Below, one piece after another: positions 13,789-28,700 of a stretch of DNA of 64,000 nucleotides. This DNA comes from Chrysomallon squamiferum. Its lineage: Eukaryota; Animalia; Mollusca. Under the pieces are notes generated by a model. It saw only the letters and a list, made by a program, of their open reading frames with translations. It did no database searches and was not told the DNA's origin. Position 1 is the first letter of the stretch. Every line of letters starts with the position of its first letter. A program made the position numbers and the translations under genes. Where the stretch lies: assembly GCA_012295275.1 (NCBI GenBank), contig CM022670.1, positions 23,312,001 to 23,376,000 on the forward strand. Direction: 5' to 3'.

Positions 13789-15611
13789 TTGCGCACTGTG
13801 TTTGACGCTTAAAAGTCAATTATTTTCGTGTTCTTGCAAACACCCAGTGTCAAGTTGTACTTCCTCTGTCGCGCGTGTTCACTTTCTGTGGGTCGAAGCG
13901 GGCAGCACGCGGCAAGCCTTGTACGTATTATAGACCGAAACTTTGTCATCGATCTCCCCTTTGAGCGCGCAACATCAAAGAGCTAGGCACAGAGAATTCC
14001 CTAGTCGATTCGATACAGAAAGACACATCGCTGAAACAAAGCTATTGGAAGCTAAATCGTTTCAGCGTTGAGACTGATAATGAAGAGAGGGGGGAAAAGA
14101 GGAGATAAAAGATTCGATAATTATGCTCGGATTGGTCACAAGATATCTTTATCGCATAGCCATTACTAAGCAGGAACAAAAAAGAAACAAAAAAAATAAT
14201 GCAAGAATACTCAATGCGAGAGTTAAATTTGTGATGAAACCAGTTGTATGAACCGATTCTGACCCATATTTTTTTGTTGTTGTTGTTTCTGTATTGATCA
14301 TTACCGTTGTTCTGAGTAAAGCACTAAGCGGTGATCAGATTCAATACTTTCATGGTTGGCAGAAAACCATAAAAACCGGAAGGTTTCCGCAGGTTTCAAA
14401 ATGATGTAATATTCCTTGTGAGTGATTAAACGAGACAGTGGGAAATAAATCGATGTCTTAAAACACAGTAATTATAAGAAGCGATTAGATGAGTTCCTAC
14501 CTGAACACGGCACGGATTAGTTTATTGAAGTTTCTGCTGTTGATATTTCTCAAGAGAGAAATGAGGAGTGGGGTGGGGGGATGGTGGTGCTAGCTGGCAT
14601 TAAGAAAGAAAAATAGTAATTTATGATCATATTTGCTGTAAGATTTTAAAACCAAATCATACAGGATTTCGCACTGAAGCTAACATAGCCTGTCAAATAT
14701 TATTTTCTTTCTGTCTTAGATAATATCACGTGAAATCCTGGTTTGCAAAGAAGCTTTTCTAATCAGTGGAATTAATATACAAATTCAAAGTAGAACACAC
14801 TATGATGTTAGCTAATTATGCATCTTTTGGAGATCTTTATTGACCTTTCACGAAAAACGTGATACTGTATGTAACATTATATAATTTCTTAGACTATGTC
14901 ATTCTCAATTTTATAGTAGAAAATATGTTATTATCCTTGTTGCTGTTGTTACTGTTTTTATAGTTTATAATTTTAATGTTGTGTATTTAGTGTACAACAC
15001 GAGAACGCTGTCTAATTAATCTAGTATGCTTCGTACTGCGACGAGAACTGATGGCTTTGAACATATCATTTTACAGAAGTACTAAACCTGTAATAACCAG
15101 TGTGAGCTTTCTTGTAATACTCGAATCTTTTTTCCCTTATAATTGTTTCTAAAACTGTTACTCTAACAGTTAACATACGTTTTATGTTTGTTGTTAATTA
15201 TCAGTTTTAGTCTTCGTCGTTAATATGTTAACAATAAGAATTTATTGATGTTTACTTTTCACTTAGCGAAATACTTCCAAAACCAATTACAATAAATAAA
15301 TAAATAAACAAACAAAAAAACAAATAAATAAAAAATCTAAAAAACCTGTAAGTAAATGAAAGTCAGGTTACAGAATAAAGTCCACAGCATATATATATAT
15401 TACTTTATTTCGATTAAATTATTATTGCAAATAAGGGAAAATTGCAACATTTCATGAACGTGGTTCAATATCTCTGATAAATAAGCTTTAAAAATAAAAA
15501 TTAGTTTTATAACAAAAAAATCCCCCAGATGTGTAACTGTCCAATGACCTCTTTCCCTCTCGGTTTCACTTTTGTAATTTAATAGTCCAGCGGTATCAAA
15601 TTTATACGATC

Positions 15612-15643
<32 letters not shown>

Positions 15644-18600
15644 GTAGTCGATCTGTGATTGAAGTCCAGTGTGTATTTGAATTTTATTTTTTACTGACTT
15701 TCAAAAAAGTATTCAGCTAAGCGATAAATTACCGTTGGGAGCAAATACTATAAAGACATTTACTATAAAGGTTATGACTTCAGAAATATCTCTTTACCAA
15801 GCAGACGAGGTCATCGCGGTTTGCTTTCGGCAAGTCTCTCAGAAGAACTAAATATATACATACACGAGCGCAACGGAATTAGCCAGTAGCTCTGCCTTAT
15901 CCTGGTTGAAAATTGTGGTGAATAATGACAGCCTTTCCCAACGGAGACGAATTTCGTTTTGACAAATTACTCGGCTACCGTGGCTGGTGTTTCTTGTTGA
16001 TGGGAGCCAAATGCACGGGTTGGCACGAGTTAAATTCCTTAGCAGTAGTTAATTATTCCTGATTATGCCTGAAATGGAGAGTCGCGACCTAATTGTTTTT
16101 TTCCTTACCGCTGTATTGGTGTGTGAGCGTGACTGCGTGGAATTAAACCCGAGAATCACGACGAGATGAATGGACGCTGTCTGTAACATTCATTAGTTCA
16201 TGCTTATCACGATTTTACTCAAATGTTACTTGCGTACTGTCATGCAGCATCAGAAAAAAAAAATCATATATAAATTTAAAAAGGAAAAATAAAATGTTGG
16301 TTCTTATGTTGAAGTCGAAGAAAACAAAGATAGAATCAATTTAAATCCCAAAAAAAAAAAAAAAAAAAAAAAGATTCTAACATTTAAAAATGTTTAAATA
16401 TTTAACGAATGATTATTAATTTGTAACACTACCATAAAACCTCCTCAGAAAAAGTAATTTTGCATCTGCGTTCCAAAGTTATTCAGATCTTCGATTTGCT
16501 CACGGCCAGCGTGCTATAAATAATAAATGTACCTGCGGAATATTTACTTTGTATATGAATGCGTGTAAATAAACTTGTGCATACATACATCCACACGGAC
16601 CCTGGCATTGAAAACAAGCAGTAAACATATGGCACGAAAGTTATCGAAAATAATTTATCGCATATGCTTCTGAAGTTTCGACAACATATTTTTATTAGTC
16701 TGTAACAACAGACCTGTCGTCGAAGCAACAACATCAAAGACACTAGGTTATGCAACAACTTACACATACATCACACATATAACACGTGTACAACACTTGC
16801 ACTGCAGCTGTTTGTTCTGTGCAGTAAGCAAAAGCGTATTATCTAACAGTATCTTTATTAGCAACTGATTTCATGTGTTCCTCTCTCCTCTCTCTCGTGT
16901 GTGTGTGTGTGTGTGTTTTCGGGGTGTTAGATTTTTCTGATTAATTAATTAGTAATAAATTAATTAATATTTAGAGATGATTTATTAGGATGTAGAATTT
17001 TTGAAGCTTCGAAATGAAAAAGTTTCACGACATTAAACGATGCATTCCTTTTAATTTTAATAACTGCAGAATTCTCACATCTGGGATTCTGCATTATCGA
17101 AGTAATGAAACTGTCGTTTAAATTTTGTTACTATTATTATTACAATTTATTAACTCGTTATATCCCAGTGCATGTACTGCGTTCACCCACACTCTGTTGT
17201 TTTTTCAGTTCTGACTGCGGCAAGTATTTGTCACAGATCACTTCTGACTAACAGCTAAACATTTGTAACAATCTACGAGCTTGCAGGGCCGCCATGTTCT
17301 AATCCGTTTACGGTATAAGCTTTATGGGGCATTCACACCTAGCGTCCCGTAATAGTCGCAATAAAACGTCTAAAAGCATCGCACTCTTTCAGGCCGCCCA
17401 GACAATGCAATTACGTAGCTATTTTGACTGACTTTTATTCGAGTCTGCAGTAGCTGAAATAAGGCTGTTTTCTTCATGTGGCTATTTCGTTACACGATGT
17501 AGGTGTTATGCTAAACTAAAGTTTACTTGCTATACAATTTCACCGGCTATATTTAAATTTTTCCATCCGTCCGATCGCCCATGTAGTTGATCTAATTGTC
17601 TATTTATCAGTCTGACTGTTCGATTTCGTGTCTCTTTACAACCGGTTTTCTGACTGTCATCTTACATCCTAGTGAATGTCTGCAAACTTTATTTATTTGT
17701 TTCCACCTTTTTCCCCTCTGATATATATACATGTGCAGCATTTACTGCAGTGCATTTTCTTCTTCAGAAGTATTCTTCCAATTATCTTTCTTAGCTTTTA
17801 TCATTTCCTTCATCCCTGTTTCACATTCCCCATTTTTCTCCCTTCAAACCGAAGGCCAAGCTGACAACTTCAATTTAAATCGTGGAAGAAATCGTAAATT
17901 TCTCTTAATTAAATGATCAAGTCTGCAAGTTCTGCTTAAACTGTGAAGAGTTTTTTTTTTTACTCAAGTAGCGAACTGGTAGTGTGCGAGGACGGCGGGA
18001 CGTCGTTGCGGACAAAAGGACACTTGAAGTGACGCTGTTGTCAACGGCTGGTCCAGATGGACGCTGGTGATGTTGACTGTCAAATACAGTGGCTTTGTCG
18101 ACTTGGTCGCCGTGGTTTGCCGAGAGCACGCAGACAAATGGAGACATTTTTCCCATGCATTATTTTTTCGCCTGATTACCTAAGTGCATCGCTTATTGTC
18201 TGCAATCAGGACCGAGCTGAAAGATGGTCTGTTACACAGCTCCATGTAATAAATGCTCTTAATGTAATAATATTACGCAGATGCGACGATTGACGTAATA
18301 AACTTCGGTTTTACAGGCATGTGTCAAGACCACCTTTTGTGTTTGATGTGGTAAATGCTTTTAGCTTTTTTTCTTCTTTTTTTTTTCAATTTTGTTTTGT
18401 ATTGTTTTGTTTTGTTTGTGGCTTCATCATTTGTGATGAATATAGTGTATTGCCAGTGGTTTATCTTTATTTATTTATTTATTTATTTATTTATATTAAA
18501 ACTAAATTATTCTGAGAGAGAAAAATTAAAATAAACATAAAAAGGAGCATTAATGAATGAATTTAGAATAAGAAGAAATCATATGAATATTCATAATACC

Positions 18601-19896
18601 CATCAAAGTCCACTAAAGAAATTTAAATGAAAACCCTCTGTACCATAGAGTTATAATTTTAATTCATTTTTTTTTTCCACCATCTTTGTTGATTGGATTA
18701 AAATTCATCAGTTCTGTAAAAACGATTTAATGCTTAAGCATTGATCACACAATTGTAATGAATGTTTTGCGGTGACAATCGACAGTGAGTGCTTGGTCCA
18801 AACAAAAGCGTCGATATTTTTGTAAAAACTCGCAAACAGCGAAGCTTTGGTTCAAAGCGTTCGTTAGCCATTGTTTTTAACAAGAACCTTTCTTACGCGG
18901 CAAATCGCTTTGTATTGATGGTTTTTGGTTGTTGTTTTTTTTCGCTTTCGAGCACTCGGCGGGTTTCGACGGTTCTGCTGAATCACTGTTGTCTTCTCCA
19001 TAATCCAGTGAGAAAAACCTCACGTGTGTGCAGACAGTGCATTGTTTAGTCAGAGAAGCTGCTAGAGGTGACATCAATTTGTGATAATCGTGGCATAATT
19101 TCCGCAAGCAAGAGTCTGAAAGAGCTTGTCACATGGAATTAAACTTAGAAAATAAGATGGTGTCTGGGTCACCAAAAGGTCTGTTGTTTTTAAGCCGGAT
19201 TTTTCTGCTCATTTCGTTACGTTTTCTATAGGGTCAGATGTTTGTTATTTTGCCGACAGTTGTTCCCGTCAGTTTTTTTTTTTTTTTTCTTTCATGCTTT
19301 CTTGATTAATTAATTGTCGTGTTGTGGCTAATGCCATGCGACTTGTAATAAGGACAAATCGTTTTTGATCATTCTGGTTTCAGAATAGTCTGCCGATGAA
19401 TAAGGAAACCTTTGTTTTTGGAAGGCATTTTAATAATTCAGATCTTGCTCACTTTATTCTTTTAGTAGAAGCAGATTATTTACTAATTAAATAAGATGAA
19501 TGGAACATATTGACTGCTGAACAAGTGACAATAAAATTTCTTGAGAACTAAGTAAGTGTTAAGCAGTACCTCTGAACAATAAATTCAAAACATTGGCTGT
19601 TGAGTGATTTTATGCAGGATTCCTAATAAACTTACAGAATACAACTTGCACTATCAACTGAAAAATTATTAATCTTCGAAGAACATTACGTTCAAGATAT
19701 CGGAGTAAAAAAAAAAAAAAGTGTAAAAAAAATTAGAAAGGTTTTAAATTTAAAATCTCGTAGAAAAAATTGGCATCATTTAAAGTCTTAATTTGACTAA
19801 ATTATCATCTTTCTATATGTCAGTATAATAGTTCATCATACAGAAAGACGTTTTGAAGTATTAAATTATTGATTATAAAAACAAATATATTTTTTA

Positions 19897-19907
19897 TATT
19901 ATTATTA

Positions 19908-19964
<57 letters not shown>
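19897..19964. repeat. (TTA)n microsatellite
   Basis: Directly visible. Confidence 0.95.
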
Positions 19965-19965
<1 letters not shown>

Positions 19966-20629
19966 TTACTCTCTTATTATTGTGTTGTATTGCAATATTT
20001 GTTTGTTTATTTCCTTAAACACTGTCACATGGTAAAAGCACACACCATTAATTCAAGAAGACTCGATTGCTTTTGTCATGTTGTTGAGTCTCATCACTTG
20101 AGATGTCATCAATATTCATGAAGGCATCTGGCAAGTCCAGGACACATGAATATCTTATCTACTCCGCGTCTCTCGGCGATCGCTGAATTAAGCATATCCA
20201 TTGATTTGACAAATGGCGAATTTTTCATGTTCATTTGCTGGGGCAATGATAAATGCTTGACACCTCTTTGAGTGAATAATCAGCTCTGTAAAGATAAAGC
20301 GAAAGGAAAGAAATGTGTGTTTAACCACACTTCAACAGATTGTTTAGTCAGCGGCCATTACGTGTCAAACACGTAGTAAAAGTGATGTGCGGCCGCGCTG
20401 TTACACAGCTGAAACGTATTCACGTCATCAGCAGCGAACTGAAGTGTTAAGTTATTAATATTTTATTTCTCCACAGCAAAATACATATCAGAGGTTATAT
20501 ATCTGATTTCCAGCATCGTTATTGCTCCCTCTGTTATCACCATGTTTACTCGCTGTCTTTCCCTATATATCCAGCTGTATATTCCCTTCCTGTAATTTCA
20601 TACATTTTATCGCTCTAGTTTTTTTTGGT

Positions 20630-20660
<31 letters not shown>

Positions 20661-22583
20661 CATTCAGTATTAAACTGTCAATTTTCTATTTCGTTACATG
20701 CTATTCACTTGCCATTCACCAGAGCAGTATCATTTGCAAACGAATCGTGTTCATTTATCAGTATGCTGCTATCCTTTTTCGCTACCGTGCAATTAGTCGT
20801 GTGCACGGTAATTTAAAATCGCTGTTCAACGAAGTATGGCTTATCGCGTTGACTCATCTCTCTACTAAAGCTCAGAAGATCGTTTTTATTTCTTTTTAAA
20901 ACCGTTTTCATAGTCAGAAGTCATTTGATCAAAATTGCCGATGTATGAACGATTTTATTCGCCTGACGAGAAGTGTCATCAGGTTCTGATTTCTGTATTT
21001 AAAACAATCTTTTGGTGACGTTAAAATTTTCACTAATAGAATTAATGGAATAAGCATCAGTTAATAATCATGGATTCTAAAGTAATCTAAATTAAGGATG
21101 GAGGTTTAATGTCGTTTATGTGTATTCAAATTACCACTTACCTAAATCTGAAAATGAAAGAGAGGTGAAAAAATAAACAATAATAAAAACAGCTCGCCAG
21201 TTGTTCGATGATAAAATAAAACTCGAAACGAAAACCCTTTTCACTTTTAATTGGAAGAATGTTTCGAGAATGTTAACAGGCCTGTTAGTCGAGACCGTTA
21301 ACTAACTAAATCTTGCAGAATTAATCCGCAGAGAATTTGGAACACTGTTTAAAACAAATTAACTGTTCAATATGTATTACCTTAAAAGCTAAAACAGTCA
21401 AACGCTTTCAGTTGTTTTATTAAAACGTATTTGTAATAAAAACATTTTTTAATCAATGTCTACAACCAGAATATTTTTCTTCTGGGTGAGACTCGCTACT
21501 TTAAAATTACGGTGTTTAGTTCCTTTAATTTTCCAGATTATTGTAAATTTCAGTTCAGCCCTGTTGAGTTAACAATTTAGAAGGTTTTGGTCAAAACAGT
21601 CAGTATAATATTCTGCTATAAAGATTTGTAGTACACACAAAATGCTGCCATTTTATATACTTACCTTTCAAGAGGTTTTATGTTTTTAGGAACATGTTTC
21701 TTTGTCATCTTATTAGAAATTTTACCCAAGAGTGGCATGTGTGAAAGAGTTTTCATAACAGAAAAAGAGTAAAACAGTAAAACTGTTCAATAGGCATTTC
21801 TGGATAAACCATCATTTTCACGAAAATCAGCTTTAACGCTATACAGCCGAAAAAACACGGCAGTCGTGTTTGCAAAATATATCGTCAAACGTCTTCGCCT
21901 TATTTGCTGCGCATGCGTGTAATCCCAACACAGCTTCGCAGTCTTTGTTTTCCTCGTATCAGGTTTATACAGATGTTTTCTGTAGACATTAGATGAGGAG
22001 TTTATTTGTAAATCTCAGTGCTTCAATAAACTCCTTATGAAAGATGAACGCAAGCTAAATATTGCTTTTGACAAGTTAATGTGAATAAGTTGAAAATTTA
22101 TTTTAGACATAAATTTCTCTGCTAAGTAGAATCACTTAAAAAGGACAGATACTGTTGATATAATATATTAAATTAGAACATGTTAGTTAAACATTTATGA
22201 TTCCACGTGTTTAGTGATGATTACGAGTTCACTTTTAAGAGCTGTTTTGTGTACATCACATTCAGATTGAACACCCTTCCTGTACAAACATTTCGCAAAT
22301 CAGTCTGGCTAATCTAAAGCATGTTATTGATTCGGCAAGTTAATGGGTGGGTTTTTCTATGTACGTCATACACACGTCTTAGATCTGACATGAAAATGCA
22401 TCTACTATATTTATATTGTACACTTTGGCATAGAGACAGTAAATCTATATTGGTTGTTTTGGTGTAGTTGTGGGTTTTTTTCTCTGTTTAATATCTGGAT
22501 TTATTATATAGAATGTTTTCTTGTCTGTTATTTTTTATTTTTTTTTTTTATCTTTATTTTCCCTTTAATCTCTTCTTTTCTTT

Positions 22584-22606
22584 AAAAAAAAAAAAAAAAA
22601 AAAAAA

Positions 22607-22666
<60 letters not shown>

Positions 22667-22700
22667 TATTTATTTATTTTATTTATTTATTTATTTATTT
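22584..22700. repeat. poly-A, (TTA)n and (TTTA)n compound tract
   Basis: Directly visible. Confidence 0.9.
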
Positions 22701-25700
22701 TTGTTTTTGAAACTTTTTTCCGTGTTGTTGATCTCAGATGTTTAAACTATAATTTCTTTCTTTGTATCCTGCGATAATAATTTTTTTCACCAGTTCTGTG
22801 GTGAAGCAGATTCTGTTAACATTCTGAACATCCTGGTTTAATGTTGTAAAATTCAGTTTACTTGCCTCAAATTAAATCAGCTGCTAACGTTTTCAGCAAG
22901 ATAAAAATAGCTGTATTGATTAAAAGCAAACAGGAAATAAATGCTGCTGTTGTTTTCATCAATGGAAACGTTCTTTTTGTCATTTGCACGATATTTCATC
23001 TTCTTTACGAATATCACGTTTCACGAATCCGTGATCTGATGATCTTGAAAATAAGTCTATTTCACAAAAAGATTTTTAAACCCACCAGTAGCTATGTTCA
23101 GTAAAAATAATAATAATAAAATACAATTTGTCAATATAATCATTATTATTATTATTTTTCTTTTAGGGGTGCGGATTTTCATGTGTTATTATGTTTTTTA
23201 TTATTATGTATATATATATCGATTCGTTTGTTCAAAATTAACAAACGAAAATTACAAGGTTTTACCCTCCGGTTTCTTTTTAATGAATACTTTTTCTTTG
23301 ACTCCTGAAATTTAATCTGCAGTTTCGTTAATTAAGCCAGTTAAATCCTCAACAAATAAACGCAATTAGTTTCTGAATTCAAATGCACACCATTATCGCA
23401 GACGTCGCATTGTTACAAGTCAGGAATATCGTGTTACACGCTTTGCCCGCGTATTGCGTGTACGACTAAGCCGAGTTGCACAATACGATCCAAGTCTCGT
23501 TAGTCATACATAGTTTGAAAAGACAATCGATCGAAGCTATATTTCAGCCCACTAGGCACCTGTGGCTTCCAATTTGAAGCTGTGTTAGGTTAGGGCATCT
23601 CTCTTTCACAGCAAACGTTTGTATGACAATAAATTCTATGGACAGCAGCGCCAGCAGGACAAAACCAGCGAACATAACGAGGTCCACATCCTTATTATGC
23701 TGTTTTTGGAACAAACCCGAAATCTGAGTTGTGCTAATTGGGGTCGTTGGGCGATGATTTTGGTTCCCTCGAGCAGCTTGATTATCAATAAGATGGCTCC
23801 AACTGGATCCTGGATTGACAGGCTTTCTGTGTTATCGATCTATGTGGGTTTTTTTTTCTTTCTTTTCCTTACCATCGGCTTCAATAGTAAGAAGCTTAGC
23901 TTTGGTATTTGAAGATAGTACTGACTGGTTCAACAGGGTTCAAACATTGATAGCAAAGCCGAGTTCTTGAAGACAGATAATAAAATGACAAGTCTTTTGT
24001 CAACGGTCTTCCGTCGGTTCTCGTTTAGTCGAAGTAAAATTACAATTTCGAAATATATTTATATATTTAAATGTATCCACATTATCTACTGAATTATGTA
24101 TTAGTAACTGCATTTAAATAAACTGTTGTATGCTATAAAATTCGTAAGGTCGATAAAATTCTTCTCCAGGTTTACACGAGTCGACAGTAATCTTATTTAT
24201 GATGACACTCCAAGGTAATTATTTATAGATCAATTAGACATACTATAGTAACACTGGCGTATTTGCTTGAATGTGAAACGTGTTTACCAATATTTTTCTC
24301 AAATGATAAACGTTCCCCTGGTCTGTTCTCTAATGTTCTAAAAAAACACGGCCAGGAGAAAAAAGAAACGGGGAAGTAAAAAAAAAAAAAATTTACAAGA
24401 TAATTTACCAAAGATACGCGGAGCTCTGATGTTGTGAAACATGGCGTTATCATCTATGCTGACTGGGAAGTTTGATTTATTCTTGCACTTACCCTCGCTC
24501 TGACAAGCCGACCTTAGCTAAGTAAGCCCTGGGCTGTATTAGAACAAAGTGAGAGAGTTAATGAAATTGTCTTCTATAATAAGACTGTACCGCATCGATC
24601 AGGCGGCTGTGCATTGTCAGATTCACTCGCATGGTCTGATTGTGCACAAATCTTGTACGAAGATCTTGTCTTAAATCGGGGATTAGTATTAAGAATAAAA
24701 ATTCAAGCTTATGATAACAGAATAGTGGTTTTAATTAGCTATGTTGTTACTACCAGGCGTGTATGAAAAACTGTTACAACAATGAAAGATAATTAAGTAA
24801 TTTGGTTACACACCGGTTACTTACTAAAATAAAGATTTACAATGCATCTGAATTTTTGCAGAACAAATTATACTCATTACATTTTAGGTTTCTGTCAATC
24901 TCTCTCTCTCTTCTCTCTCTCTCTTTTTGTCTGTTTTACTCTCTTCAACTCGTTTTGCCTTGCTCGTCCTTACCTATATTATACATAACTGTATTTCTTC
25001 ATTTTTTTTTTTTTTTTTTTGTTTTTAAATTTATTTTTATTTTGAACAAATAGACATGCTTGGCTTGCTACGCTTGATCTTTGCCCGGAGTTTGGTTTGT
25101 CGTTAATTGATCATTATTTGTATGTCGTGCTCCGTTCACTAGTCACAGCAGGAAGGACGTAATCAAACAGAAATCTGGCTTTTATGGCGGAACATCTCGC
25201 AGATTTATTTGATAGAGAAAAATATTCCCTTCATACGTGTTTGCCGGAGTATGATATTTACTTGCTCGTTAAATAACATTAATAAAATGGATGCTTAGGT
25301 CGTAATTAAAATGACTTTTATGTTCGAATAACATTTAATATCACCAAAGCGTAACAACGCTCGGTGACGAGAGCAAGGATGATCTATTTTTATATTGTTA
25401 TTTGTCTTTTCAAAGCTGCAGTCTCCTGCCTGTAGTTTATACTGCTGTTCAGAAAGAGAGAGAAAAAAAAAAAGGGTTTGATTTATCTGTCGATTAAAAT
25501 ATACTGTGCGTCCCGCATCACTGAATCAGTATGCAATCCAGCGATTACTCCTTTACCTTTTTCACGTGTGATTTGAATTAAAAATGAAAATTAGTTATTT
25601 ATTTCTGCATGTTACAGTAATGCTCTTATTCTGCATTAATAAAGTTTCATGGTGTTTTTTTTTTTCTTTCTTCTTTTTGTTTTTTTTGTCTGAATATTAT

Positions 25701-28700
25701 TATATCGGATTGTGAGAAACAGGATATTTTGCGTGGTGGATATTATAAACCGAATTTATTAATTTTAATATCAGAAACTTACTAATGTGTTTCGGAAAGT
25801 GTCTTGTTCATTTCCTTATGATTTAATAACAACAGTGTGCTGATGCACGCAAATACACAAATATCACACATATCATGTTGCGTTCTTCTTATACGTGGGT
25901 ATTTATATCTGTCTTAGGCATTTTACCTGATTATTGATATTTATGATGTTTTCTCAGTTTTGACGATGTGGCCAATTTGTTTTATTAGCTCGCTATATTG
26001 CATTACCTTACCACAGACAGGTTTAATGCGCACGTTTATCAACATATTTCCCCTATTCATAGTACACTCGCTAATTCCCCGTGCAGTCTCTAATTCGCTC
26101 ACGCTAAAAGCTTCTCTGTACAATCTACATGTTATCCTTGTGCTGGCATCTCCAAAGACCAACCGCCATTAATAAGTTCTCACAGCAGACAGCCATCAAG
26201 AGAATGGAATCTGCTGTCTGATTTCCCCGAGCAACATTCGTACAGAACGATCTACATCTAATATGAAACAGGTCTGATTGAAAGAAAGAATACATGTCTG
26301 ACTGAAGCCTTGCGGAGCGCTGCATTTGATAGCATTACAAGCGTATATCTGAATATCGATTGAAACCTTTTTTTTTTCCTATTTGGCTCGTTCGAATCTC
26401 TCGAAAATAATGGACACAACATTAATTACCTTGAGTTGGACGTGCGGAGAGAGTATATCTCTACCACAATTCAAGGACATATTTACCCCCCACCTCGTAC
26501 CGCGGTGTATCTAGAAATTAACCTTTCTTTCTGAAGACAGAAACTCGTGGATGAATGCTCTTGTCAGCCTGGCTGCTTCCTCTCTGACAGTTAATCAGAT
26601 TCGATCAGCGAGAAGCCCGAAACTCTCAATCATACTTTCTTAAAAGATAGGATAAAGATTATCTACGCTGGCATGGAAAGTTAAATAACAAATCACTTGA
26701 CAAAAACAGCTATTGATCCGACGTGCTACTGCGAGCGAGCGGCCGATCCAGAGTACAGCACCTGCAATCGAAGCTTTTCGAGGACGCTTACTTTTCTTGT
26801 CCGCGAACCATTAGTCAGTAAGCACCACACTCCATCAAACAGAGAACATGCACGAACTTCTTGATAACGTCATTCGTGACGAGCACATGTCAACTGAGGA
26901 CAAACTCTCGAGATTCTGTCTCTGTAAGACAATAATAAATAATCTGTTCAGATTACTAAAATAGATACACTGAACCTAAAACAGATCGTTATGGAAGATA
27001 ATTATGTTAATATAAATGAACTATGTTTGTCCACTGTTTGATGTTAAATGTCCATTGCATTTTTGGCTAGAACTCTATAGGTAACTGTCTAATCACAGTG
27101 ATCAGGTCTCAAGACCGAGATATAAACATTTTTGCCATGTAAATATTCTTCCACTGCTTAAGCTTACAGTTATCTGGCACTGTATAAATTTTTATATTAT
27201 TATTATTATTATTAATTCTTTACGAAATAAGTAAATGTGCTGCCCTACGTAGTGTATTTTTTTTAGACAAAAACATACGTACATAATTAAGAATAATCAA
27301 TATCTGAAATAATCAAGTAGTGCAGTGTATGCATTTTTTTAAATCTATTAACTGAACTCAATAAAGAAAACAAAATATGAAAAAGAAGAAAGTTTTTTTA
27401 TTATTATTATTTTTATTTGTACGTACGCGTTATTAGTGCTGTTCTTCGAGGTCAAACAGGAATTGACTCCAGGAAAGTACATAAAACGTTTTTTTTTTTT
27501 CCTCTTCCCATAAATAAAATTGTCGCAATGTGTCGATCATGTACATGACTAAGTAGTTGATATAAACGAAATGTATTCACAAAGTCACATTTTGTAGCTT
27601 AATATCGATCAGAAAAACAGCCATCGTCAATCGATAGACACACGGTCGCCCTTTTTCGCTTGTCTCGGTGATGCAATGTAGCGTATTGTGATTGAGGGCA
27701 GAGGTTCAGTTTTTGTAAGGTTTTTGCTTCACCAATTGTGATTTAGCGATGGAAGAAAAAAATGCTTTGTTGGAAGAGTCAATAATTTTTGTTGAATTTC
27801 TGCAATCCTCAGACGATTAAAGGGTGTTTTCAGTTTGGCCCTGTCAAGATTTTCATTAACTCGCAGACAAAGACAGAATTTCTTAATGGCTTTGTCAAAA
27901 TGGATCTCTCATTAAGTATTACATTTATTAGAAAATCGGGTCACAATCGATTTAAGCGTTGTCGCCTTTATGAAATATGTTCTTTATTATTCACAAATGA
28001 TAACCTCCCTTCCACGCGCCGCAATAAAAGAAAAACCTTACTGTGTGTGAAATTAATGTATAAACGTTACAAAGTTAATTAAGCATGGTCCCCGGTGTCT
28101 TTTAGTGTACAAAGATGTAAATTTATTATGAGAAGGTTGATAAGTCTTCCACTGCGCTGCCATGTCATGGGTAATTCGAAAATTAAACTTCCGCCCGAGT
28201 CATTAAACATTTAATAAGAAAGATAATGGAATTACCTGTGTGGTTTTTAAAATTTATAATTACTTGTAAGCGAAAGATTTAGTTCTGTGTTTGAAGGTCA
28301 TTAGCTGAATCTGTTGTCTTATTTTGTTTTGTTCTTTTTTTTTTTTTTTTTTTGCCCGAGGTTTTCATAAAGTAGATTTAATTTTTAATTTAGTATATTC
28401 TAAGACTAGACTTATTTTCTTTACCAAATAAAGCACTGGATTTCTCATTCGAAGTATCTCATTCGAAGAATCAAATTTTCAAAACTAGAATTAAATGTTG
28501 AATACTGTACTGTTAATAATTATGTTCTCTGTGAGTTGACGGTGATACATGCTTTACAAACATTCGCGTGTGACAGTTTCTATAATTATCTTTGGCTGAT
28601 GTAAAGAAAATAAAAGTGTGAATTATGTTATTTTTGCGTCATTCCAAGTAAGAATCTATGTTTGTTTTTTTTGTTTTTTTTTTCCTTCCTCATTTTGTCG

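Noticed and set aside
14234-14404. In-frame TGA as possible selenocysteine or readthrough
   Set aside because: Sec in a signal-peptide n-region is implausible and I recognised no SECIS. The hydrophobicity partly derives from a (GTT)n run.
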